From the NCBI GenBank assembly GCA_044356455.1, contig JBIKWF010000035.1, positions 1 through 36,704 on the forward strand: a stretch of 36,704 bases of DNA. Reading direction: 5' to 3'. The translations under genes and the position numbers were made by a program. Source of the stretch: Bdellovibrionota bacterium (GTDB taxonomy: Bacteria; Bdellovibrionota_C; UBA2361; JBGSMV01). This document shows, in pieces, positions 18,793-26,492 of this stretch; the stretch's first letter is position 1; each line of letters opens with the position of its first letter. The notes under the pieces are model-generated. The model searched no databases, was not told where the DNA came from, and saw only the letters and a program-made list of their open reading frames with translations.

Positions 18793-19953
18793 TCAGCTAA
18801 ACATCTTCCCCAACCCAACCTGCCAGTTCATCGCCCGAGTCTTACCAAATTTCTGTTCCAGGGGATCGTTGGATAACAACCATCTTTCGGCCTTACCATC
18901 AAGATCATCGCCGAGGGTCTCAAGTGCCTTTGCATCAGCCGCAGTAACTTTTGTCTTAGACTTAATCTCAACCAACAACCTCGCGTTGCCAGGCCGGTCT
19001 ACGATTAGATCTATCTCGACGCCGTCTTTTGTTCGAATAAAACTGAGCTCCCAATCAAGCCGGCGGTAGCTAATAGCCTTTTTGAATTCGAGTATAACCC
19101 AATGCTCAAACGCGTCGCCGTACGCTGAGGTCTGGGGTTCTAGAGAGACTGAAAGGGTTCGATCCAATGCGCGCTTGATGCCCGTATCAATAAAATAAAA
19201 CTTCGGTGCCTGCGTCTGGGCCTTTCTCACCGATCGGTGAAAGCTCGGGAGGATAAACCCAATAAGAGTATCCTCTAAAATCTCAAAATAATTGGCGACG
19301 CTTACATCATCAATCCCAATCTCAAGCGCGAGCGCAGATTTGTTAACGATCTTGCCATTCATTTGGGCAGCGATCGCTAGAAATTTTCGAAATGGTGAAA
19401 TATTTCTGACCCAGCGTTCCTCTTGGATCTCCTTCTGCAGATACGTGCCAACATACGCAGATAGATACTCTCTCGCCGAAGCTGCATCTGTCGAAAGATA
19501 TGCCTCTGGTAGTCCACCGAGTTCTAGACATTTCTTCAAATTGAAAGTACTTCCCAACTCAGCAGTCGAAAATGGGAATAAATGGTAAACCCATGCGCGC
19601 CCCGCGAGCAGATTCGTGCCGCTTTGCTTTAACCTGCGACTGCTCGAACCTGTGAGAACGAACTGGCGCTTCTGCTTTTGGATCTGCGAGTGCGCCACAT
19701 CAAGAAGGTCAGGCAGCTTCTGGATCTCGTCAACGATAACCCGCTTCCCGATATTCTCGGGCGAGTTGATAAACGAGACAAATCTCGATCGATCCAGAAG
19801 AAACTCATCGAACACAGCGAGGTCTAAAAGGTCGATAAATATGGAGTCCTGTGCAGAGAACAACCCGTCTAGGAGGGTTGTCTTACCACAGCCACGCGGT
19901 CCGAACAGAAAAAAGCTGTTGGTTTTCGATGGGTTGCATAATCTCTGAATCAC
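18793..19953 (-). CDS. AAA_14 ATPase with C-terminal DUF4143 / PD-(D/E)xK-like domain
   Basis: GPRGCGKT (Walker A), IVDEIQK (Walker B), LTGSS, LAGRA, GGLPE, PKFYFIDTG, FEHWV, EIDLIV...VEIK. Confidence 0.92.
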   Translation of the reverse strand: MIQRLCNPSKTNSFFLFGPRGCGKTTLLDGLFSAQDSIFIDLLDLAVFDEFLLDRSRFVSFINSPENIGKRVIVDEIQKLPDLLDVAHSQIQKQKRQFVLTGSSSRRLKQSGTNLLAGRAWVYHLFPFSTAELGSTFNLKKCLELGGLPEAYLSTDAASAREYLSAYVGTYLQKEIQEERWVRNISPFRKFLAIAAQMNGKIVNKSALALEIGIDDVSVANYFEILEDTLIGFILPSFHRSVRKAQTQAPKFYFIDTGIKRALDRTLSVSLEPQTSAYGDAFEHWVILEFKKAISYRRLDWELSFIRTKDGVEIDLIVDRPGNARLLVEIKSKTKVTAADAKALETLGDDLDGKAERWLLSNDPLEQKFGKTRAMNWQVGLGKMFS

Positions 19954-19960
19954 AATTCGA

Positions 19961-19990
19961 ATTTTAACGCGTTTTCCGAACTATCGACAA
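19961..19990 (-). promoter_or_regulatory. Putative sigma70 promoter giving a leaderless ATPase mRNA
   Basis: Minus strand TTGTCG-N18-TAAAAT, then 7 nt to the GTG start at 19953; no Shine-Dalgarno. Confidence 0.5.
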
Positions 19991-20067
19991 GAGCGATCTT
20001 TAAACCTATCGCGCGGCCCTGGTTTCAGCGGATTGCATTTCCAGAGGTGGGGGCCAGCCCCCTTAAT

Positions 20068-20100
20068 AAAACAACCACTAAGACCACAGAGACCGCTAAG
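20068..20100. repeat. Single arm of the REP-like 9-nt periodic family just downstream of argG
   Basis: AAAACAACCACTAAGACCACAGAGACCGCTAAG, similar to 16513-16540 and to the reverse complement of about 4130-4154. Confidence 0.65.
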
Positions 20101-20119
20101 TTGAAGGGGGGGGACTGCG

Positions 20120-21313
20120 TTACTCGGACCGCCGGCCCCCTGCGAGCATGCTTTGGACACCCGAGATGAGACAAAAGCCGTTTGCGGCGACTCCATCCCA
20201 GAGCTTTGCCCCCTCTCCATAGGTGGCACGCGCATCCATAAGCGAGAACGGGCTGCGCACCCCCTCCACCGTTACTTGACCGCGATGAAGCCGCACACGC
20301 ACCTCACCCGCCACCATCTTCTGACTCGAATCGAGAAGGGCCTCAATGTCTCGCATAACGGGGTTAAAATATTGCCCCTCATGAAGGAGCATACTGTAGG
20401 TCTGACATACCTGTTCTTTCACCATGGACTGCCACTTGGTAAGCACAAGCTTCTCTAGCTCACGATGGGCATTGATGAGAGTAAGAGCTCCCGGGGCTTC
20501 AAAGGCAATTCGGCCCTTGATTCCAAGGACCGTGTCCCCAAGATGCACGCCCCGCCCTACGCCATGAGCTGCGGCAATGCGGTTAAGCTCATTGAGTGCC
20601 TGATAACCGGAACACGGCGAACCGTTAAGAGCGACGGGCAATCCAGCTTCAAAGGAAATCACCACCTCTTCCGCCTGAGCCGGGGAATTTTCCGCTGAAA
20701 CGGTAGCAACCCAGGCCTCCTCGGGAATGCTCGACCACGACTGGTGGGTCTCTCCCCCGCCTATGGTGGTTCCAAGAATACCTTGGTTAATTGAATATTT
20801 CTTGGCCTTGGCGGGGAAATCGATACCCCAAGCTTTTAGCTGCTCAAGTTCCTTCTCGCGGCTCAGCCCGAGGTCTCGAATCGGCGCGATGATTTTCAGT
20901 TTTCCATCTAGGCTCCGAATGGACACATCAAAGCGCACCTGGTCGTTTCCTGCCCCCGTGCATCCATGTGCCACCGTTCGAGCTCCCAACTCTTGCGCAT
21001 AACGAACCAGGTGCTCGGCTTGAACACCTCTCTCAACACCCACGCACAGCGGATACACATTCCCGCGCAGGAGGTTTCCCTTTATGACGTAACTGGCGAA
21101 ACGCCTGTATACCTCCTCACGAGCATCAATCTGGCGGTGGTCCTTGGCACCCAAGGACCGAGCTCGCGTCGCAATCGCAGCAAGCTCTTCTTCCGAAAAG
21201 CCACCCGTATCCACGGTAACCGTGCTGACTTCAAATCCCTGCTCCCTTAGAAAAGGAATGCAAAACGAAGTATCAAGGCCGCCGCTATAGGCTAAGGCAA
21301 TTTTCTCTTTCAT
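20120..21313 (-). CDS. argG: Argininosuccinate synthase
   Basis: LAYSGGLDTS, HGCTGAGNDQVRF, GIKGRIAFEAPG; SD-like AGGAG upstream. Confidence 0.97.
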   Translation of the reverse strand: MKEKIALAYSGGLDTSFCIPFLREQGFEVSTVTVDTGGFSEEELAAIATRARSLGAKDHRQIDAREEVYRRFASYVIKGNLLRGNVYPLCVGVERGVQAEHLVRYAQELGARTVAHGCTGAGNDQVRFDVSIRSLDGKLKIIAPIRDLGLSREKELEQLKAWGIDFPAKAKKYSINQGILGTTIGGGETHQSWSSIPEEAWVATVSAENSPAQAEEVVISFEAGLPVALNGSPCSGYQALNELNRIAAAHGVGRGVHLGDTVLGIKGRIAFEAPGALTLINAHRELEKLVLTKWQSMVKEQVCQTYSMLLHEGQYFNPVMRDIEALLDSSQKMVAGEVRVRLHRGQVTVEGVRSPFSLMDARATYGEGAKLWDGVAANGFCLISGVQSMLAGGRRSE

Positions 21314-21376
21314 ATGACTAGCTCAAGCTCCTGAAAAGGCGCCTCACAGCTTGGGGCAAGGACGGAATTCCCGCAA

Positions 21377-21504
21377 GTCAGCCACAGGACCAAATGTCCC
21401 ATATTAGACATCGTAGTCCAAAAAACAACAAAAGGTCTGAGACGCTCCTTGACGTCTTCGCCCCGTAGCCTCACTGTAGGGTTTCAGAGAGTCTAATTTC
21501 GGAC
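21377..21504. promoter_or_regulatory. Divergent arg promoter region with repeated GTCY-N6-RGAC palindromes (candidate operators)
   Basis: GTCCCATATTAGAC (21396-21409) and GTCTAATTTCGGAC (21491-21504; reverse complement GTCCGAAATTAGAC, 12/14 identical). Weaker copy GTCAGCCACAGGAC (21377-21390). TTGACG -35-like hexamer at 21449. Confidence 0.5.
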
Positions 21505-21561
21505 TGTCTTGTTCTTCTTTTCTTGGCAGCTTGCGAAAAGCCGCATAGGGAACGATTAGCT

Positions 21562-22245
21562 ATGACTATCACTCGCCTCACGCAGCGCTACATATCGGAG
21601 AGACCCAGCGTCCGAGACTGCCTGAAGCGCGGGCTCATTAACTATTCGGCCCTGACACGCGAAATTTGCAAAGACGCGGGCATGGCGCGGTTTGACGCAG
21701 TTCTTATTGCGTGCAGGCGCTACTACCAGAGACTCAAAGACAAGGAATCTTTCGAGACACGCGTGCGTGCACTTCTAAAAACTACCAAGATGCGAACCCG
21801 GAACCGTATTGCAGTCGCAATCGTGGAGAAGCCACGCGATTTTGAGCGGCTTCACCGCCTCCAAAAGGTAGTGCGCCAAGAGCGCGGCGACTTTAATTTG
21901 ATCGAAGGCGACCTTGCGGTCGTGGTGATAACCAACACTGAGTATGTAGAGGAAATTCGAGAGGCCTTCAAAGGCCGGATAAAGAAGCTCACCACAGACC
22001 TCGTCCAGATATCGATGACCTTTGACGAACGCCTTGAAACTACTCCGGGAGTCGTATCCTTTATTTATGGGCTGCTCGCAGAACACGGCATTAACGTCGT
22101 TGAAGAGATGAGCTGCTGGACGGAGCTCATGCTTGTGGTCGCGGAAGAAGACGCCGCGCGCACTATTCGGCTCCTTAATTCCATTTCCGGGCGCGAGACG
22201 AAGCGTGCGCTTAGTCCCCGCGAAGCCCTCGAAGAATCAATGTAG
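21562..22245 (+). CDS. ACT-domain protein with N-terminal helical/HTH-like domain (candidate amino-acid-sensing regulator)
   Basis: YISERPSVRDCLKRGLINYSALTREI N-terminus; C-terminal ACT TPGVVSFIYGLLAEHGINVVEEMSCWTELMLVV. This architecture is familiar from archaeal-type ACT proteins. Confidence 0.75.
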   Translation: MTITRLTQRYISERPSVRDCLKRGLINYSALTREICKDAGMARFDAVLIACRRYYQRLKDKESFETRVRALLKTTKMRTRNRIAVAIVEKPRDFERLHRLQKVVRQERGDFNLIEGDLAVVVITNTEYVEEIREAFKGRIKKLTTDLVQISMTFDERLETTPGVVSFIYGLLAEHGINVVEEMSCWTELMLVVAEEDAARTIRLLNSISGRETKRALSPREALEESM

Positions 22246-22265
22246 CCTGCGAAGGAATAACCACC

Positions 22266-23330
22266 ATGAAAGTTATCGCTGATAAAATTGCGTCCTCTAC
22301 TCGAAACGCAAAGGTCCCCTCGGAACTCTCGCTTTCGTCTGAGATCATTTCGCAAGAGGGCTACGTTATTGCGGGCAAACTGCTTACCGAGCGCGGTGAT
22401 TACAACACGCTAGAACTCGTGAGCGGCAGAATGAGTCGCCTGTATAAGGGCGATATCATTGTGGGAGTCTTAGGGCCCCGCAACGCACTTAAGGGCTTTA
22501 GCGGAATAGTGCCGCCCACCCTTGCATCGGGAGAAGTAATTCAGCTTCTTAACCTTGGCGGAGTGCTCGGTAAATGTACGAGCGAAAATGCCGAGCTTGG
22601 CCGGCCCATCGATGTTGAGGTCCTCGGCGCCGTGCAGCACTTTCCTTCTTTCCAGCATCGCGTAGGAAAACCAGCATCTATTGACCAGGGCGAGATTCGC
22701 CCGCTCGACACACTTCTTGCCGCCCCTCCCCTGATTGTTATCTCAGGCACCTGCATGGACGCAGGGAAAACGAGAGCTGCATGTGAACTTGTGAAACACA
22801 TCAGCCGCGCGGGGAAAAAAGTGGCAGCCGCCAAACTTACTGGCGTAAGTTTGATGAGAGACACGCTTTCAATGTCAGACTGCGGAGCCTCACAAGTCCT
22901 GAACTTCACCGATGCGGGGGTGGTAACGTCTACCCCCGACAATGCGCTGCGTGCAGCGAAAGGCGTGATTCATGCCCTCGCCGCAGCCGCCCCGGATTGC
23001 ATCGTTCTTGAGCTTGGCGATGGCATCATGGGGGAATACGGAACGATGTCACTGCTCTCCGACGCGCAGCTCATGCAGTTTGCAAAGGCGCACGTACTTA
23101 GCGCTAATGACCCCGTCGGCGCCTGGGGGGCTATTACTTTCATAAAGGGTCTACCGAAAGGGCACCCCTGCCCCCCCGTCGACATTATCTGCGGCCCCTC
23201 AACCGATAACGATGTAGGAAAGAACTTTATTCGCTCTAAACTTGGAGTAAAGGCAGCCAATTCCATCCGCGATGGAAAAGAGCTGGCTTCCGTGGTTTTT
23301 GAACGCGTCTTTGGATGCCCTCTGCCTTGA
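22266..23330 (+). CDS. DUF1611-family protein (P-loop-like), candidate N-acylglutamate synthase
   Basis: LELVSGRMSRLYKGDIIVGVLG, ISGTCMDAGKT, AAKLTG, NFTDAG, LELGDG; directly upstream of argC. Confidence 0.7.
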   Translation: MKVIADKIASSTRNAKVPSELSLSSEIISQEGYVIAGKLLTERGDYNTLELVSGRMSRLYKGDIIVGVLGPRNALKGFSGIVPPTLASGEVIQLLNLGGVLGKCTSENAELGRPIDVEVLGAVQHFPSFQHRVGKPASIDQGEIRPLDTLLAAPPLIVISGTCMDAGKTRAACELVKHISRAGKKVAAAKLTGVSLMRDTLSMSDCGASQVLNFTDAGVVTSTPDNALRAAKGVIHALAAAAPDCIVLELGDGIMGEYGTMSLLSDAQLMQFAKAHVLSANDPVGAWGAITFIKGLPKGHPCPPVDIICGPSTDNDVGKNFIRSKLGVKAANSIRDGKELASVVFERVFGCPLP

Positions 23331-23369
23331 ATGCTCTTGTAGGCTTAAGCACTTTCTAGGTAAGTCCCT

Positions 23370-24440
23370 ATGTCCTCTTCACTTAGCACTCGCACTCTCT
23401 CGGTCGGCATCTATGGCGGCTCAGGCTACGTCGGACTTGAGCTTATTCGCCTTCTACTTCTTCACCCAGGAATCACTCTAAAGACGGTCACTTCACGAGA
23501 GCATTCGGGGAAGAAACTCTTTGAGGTTCACCGCTCCCTCGCCGGACTTACCGGCGTAGCCTTCTCAGCACCTGAGCAAGACTTCTCAGATCTCGATCTT
23601 CTCTTTCTGTCCGTTCCGCACACCCAGTCGAGCCCGGTGGTCAGCAAACTTGCAAAGACCCCGCGCTTTCTTGAGGGCTGTCTAAAAATAATTGATTTAG
23701 GCGCTGACTTCCGCCTCCCACCGCCTCTCTACACAAAATTCTATGGAGAGGCTCATCCTTGCCCAGAGCTGATTGAGCGAGCCCTCTACGGGGTGCCGGA
23801 GATAAATAGAGACGACATCAAGAAAGCTCAGCTCGTTTCGAACCCGGGATGTTTCGCCAATTGCACCACACTGGCGCTCACCCCCCTCGCCCAGCATTTT
23901 CGCAGCCTCGGAATCAACTCCTTTGAAGCCAGGGTTTCAGCTATCACTGGTTCAAGTGGCAGCGGAGTAACTGCAACTTCAAAAACGCATCATCCGGAGC
24001 GAAATGAATCCCTAAGCGCCTACGAAGTGCTCACCCACAGGCATATCCCAGAAATTGAACGCGCGCTGAGCATGGCAAGTGGATCTGCGGTTACCCCCCA
24101 GATCAAACTAGTGCCGCACTCAGGGCCCTTCTCGCGCGGGATCTTTGCTACCATTTTCTGCGAACTACCCGATCCCCTTATTCCCGTAAGCAAGCTCTAC
24201 GAAGAGTTCGCGGCAAGAAATAAGTTTATTCGAATCCGGGCGTCCTCTCCTCGCCTCATCGATGTGCGTGGATCTAATTTTTGTGACATTTCGATTCACC
24301 AACACGGCAAGGAGCTCGTGATTTTAAGCACCCTCGACAATCTCGTAAAAGGCGCCGCAGGCAATGCGATCCAGAATATGAATTTGATGTCTGACTTCTC
24401 TGAGCACATGGGGCTCCTCTCGTCGGCGCTTGTACCTTAA
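23370..24440 (+). CDS. argC: N-acetyl-gamma-glutamyl-phosphate reductase
   Basis: GGSGYVGLELIRLL, IIDLGADFRL, NPGCF (catalytic Cys), HRHIPEI, DNLVKGAAGNAIQNMN. Confidence 0.97.
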   Translation: MSSSLSTRTLSVGIYGGSGYVGLELIRLLLLHPGITLKTVTSREHSGKKLFEVHRSLAGLTGVAFSAPEQDFSDLDLLFLSVPHTQSSPVVSKLAKTPRFLEGCLKIIDLGADFRLPPPLYTKFYGEAHPCPELIERALYGVPEINRDDIKKAQLVSNPGCFANCTTLALTPLAQHFRSLGINSFEARVSAITGSSGSGVTATSKTHHPERNESLSAYEVLTHRHIPEIERALSMASGSAVTPQIKLVPHSGPFSRGIFATIFCELPDPLIPVSKLYEEFAARNKFIRIRASSPRLIDVRGSNFCDISIHQHGKELVILSTLDNLVKGAAGNAIQNMNLMSDFSEHMGLLSSALVP

Positions 24441-24457
24441 TTTTTAAAGGCTTCTCT

Positions 24458-25486
24458 ATGACTCTTAGTACTCGGGCATTCATTTCCACCAGCGACTTAA
24501 GTGCGAATGAGCTCCTGACGGTTCTCGAAAGAGCGCTGCACGGTAAAGAAAGTAACTGGCGGGAGTACGCAACGACGCTGTCAGGCAAAGTCATTGCCCT
24601 CATGTTCTTCAATCCTTCCCTGCGTACGAGAGCCTCCTTCCAAGCCGGAATCGCGCGCCTCGGAGGTCAATCCGTCGTGCTTGCACCTGGCTCAGACTCT
24701 TGGACTCTTGAGTTTGAGGAAGGTGCTCTCATGTACCGAGACCGCACTGAGCACGTAAAGGATGCGGCTGGTGTTCTCTCTCAATACTTTGACGCGGTAT
24801 GTATCCGAAGTTTCCCGGCACTTAAGTCATGGGAGGAGGACAAAAACGAACCTGTTCTCTCAGCCTTTAAGAAGCATCTCGATATTCCGCTCATCAGCAT
24901 GGAGAGCGCCCTTTGGCATCCGTGCCAAGCGCTCGCTGATGCAGTGACTCTTAAAGAGCGCTTCGGGAAAAATCTCAAAGGAAAGAAGTTCGTATTGACC
25001 TGGGCACCACACCCGAAGCAGCTCCCCCTCGCGGTTCCGCATTCCACCGCCTTGATTGCCGCCCAACTAGGGATGGAGGTGCGCCTCGCCTGCCCAGAGG
25101 GGTACCAATTCGACTCTTCAATTATGGGTGATATCAGTGCGGCTGCAAAAACAGCAGGCGGGTCCTGGGAGGTTTTCCACGAACAAGAAAAGGCCCTCAA
25201 GGGAGCCGAAGTAGTGTATGCCAAAAGTTGGTCGCCCCCCCAGTTCATCGGAAAACGAGAGGTAGAACTCGAGCACCGCAAGTCTCTTCTTCCTTGGATG
25301 CTCGACCAGAAAATGCTTCATCTCGGAAGCGACCCTTATTTCATGCACTGCTTGCCCGCACGTAGAAATATCGAGGTCGCCGACGAAGTAATTGATAGCC
25401 CAAGAAGTCTTACCGAGCACCAAGCGGCTAATCGGCTGCATGCTCAAAACGCTCTTCTCACTGAACTTTTGACGAAAGGAAACTAG
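24458..25486 (+). CDS. argF': N-acyl(acetyl/succinyl)ornithine carbamoyltransferase, ArgF' type
   Basis: FFNPSLRT (rather than the OTC-type STRT), W-x-LEF-x-x-G-x-x-M loop, HPCQALAD, TWAPHPKQLP, YAKSW, HCLPARRN. Confidence 0.9.
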   Translation: MTLSTRAFISTSDLSANELLTVLERALHGKESNWREYATTLSGKVIALMFFNPSLRTRASFQAGIARLGGQSVVLAPGSDSWTLEFEEGALMYRDRTEHVKDAAGVLSQYFDAVCIRSFPALKSWEEDKNEPVLSAFKKHLDIPLISMESALWHPCQALADAVTLKERFGKNLKGKKFVLTWAPHPKQLPLAVPHSTALIAAQLGMEVRLACPEGYQFDSSIMGDISAAAKTAGGSWEVFHEQEKALKGAEVVYAKSWSPPQFIGKREVELEHRKSLLPWMLDQKMLHLGSDPYFMHCLPARRNIEVADEVIDSPRSLTEHQAANRLHAQNALLTELLTKGN

Positions 25487-25488
25487 TT

Positions 25489-26379
25489 ATGAAAAGAATT
25501 GAAGCTCTCACCGAAATTCTCCCCTATGTTCGCGAGTTCCAAGGCAAGACTTTTGTCGTAAAGCTCGGAGGCGAGCTCTGCCAAGGAGAAGTTCTCAGTA
25601 ACATTGCCCAGCAACTGAGCCTTGTGCACCACATTGGAATTAAACTTGTCCTCGTTCACGGCGGGGGACCTCAGCTTGATGAGGTAAGCAAATCTCTCGG
25701 CATCACCCCCGTAAAGAAGGCAGGAAGACGCGTCACGGACGACAAATCACTTGCGGCAGCAAAGATGGTATTCTGTGGTTCGATTGGCACGGATGTGGCG
25801 GCGGCACTCTGCAGCAACGGCATGAAAGCTCTCGGACTCTCTGGAGTTGATGGAAGCCTCATTACCGCCGTGAAGCGTCCACCGCTTCGCATCAGTAATC
25901 CCGATGGCAGCACGGAGCTCGTTGATTTCTTGAATGTGGGAATAATCGAGTCGGTAAACTCGTCCCTGCTTCAGGACTTCTTGGGACTCGGCCTTACGCC
26001 CCTGATTTCGCCTATCGCTGCAAGCCCCGAAGGCGCTACTTTCAATATTAACGCAGATACGTTGGCCGCCAAGGTAGCGGTGAGCCTTAAAGCCGAAAAA
26101 CTGATTTTGATGTCAAATGTACCCGGCATCTTAAAGGCTCCCCCGGATCCGTCCTCACTCATCTCCTACCTCGACATCGAGGGAGTGCAGAGCCTCATAG
26201 AAGAGGGAACCATTTCTTCGGGAATGCTCCCCAAAGTGCAAGCATGCATAGATGCCCTCAAGAGTGGCGTCAGCCGTACCCATATTATAGACGGAACTCG
26301 ACAAGGGTCCCTTCTCCTTGAGCTCTTCCTCAATGAAGGCGTGGGAACCATGATTGTGGAGCGATCTCAGAAGAACTGA
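25489..26379 (+). CDS. argB: Acetylglutamate kinase
   Basis: LPYVREFQGKTFVVKLGG, VHGGGPQ, GRRVTD, NINAD, GMLPKV, GVGTMI. Confidence 0.97.
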   Translation: MKRIEALTEILPYVREFQGKTFVVKLGGELCQGEVLSNIAQQLSLVHHIGIKLVLVHGGGPQLDEVSKSLGITPVKKAGRRVTDDKSLAAAKMVFCGSIGTDVAAALCSNGMKALGLSGVDGSLITAVKRPPLRISNPDGSTELVDFLNVGIIESVNSSLLQDFLGLGLTPLISPIAASPEGATFNINADTLAAKVAVSLKAEKLILMSNVPGILKAPPDPSSLISYLDIEGVQSLIEEGTISSGMLPKVQACIDALKSGVSRTHIIDGTRQGSLLLELFLNEGVGTMIVERSQKN

Positions 26380-26492
26380 GGAGGCAAGGAAGAAGAGCTT
26401 AGCGGCTCGGTGGCCCCATTTCAGTACTGCGTCACACCCACGATTCGCGGGACTTTCGCATGGTGCGCATATGAGACTTTAGAGCGTTTACT

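Noticed and set aside
18501..18818. 105-aa minus-strand ORF between the ATPase and typA
   Set aside because: Out-of-frame read-through of the argG relic; no family features.
18506..20239. argG-tail repeat pair as a diversity-generating retroelement TR/VR
   Set aside because: Mismatches are not adenine-specific (many are G/C/T third-position changes) and no reverse transcriptase is present.
21314..21561. Canonical ARG boxes or an attenuator leader in the arg divergent region
   Set aside because: No TGAAT-N4-ATTCA-like pair and no Arg-rich leader peptide found.
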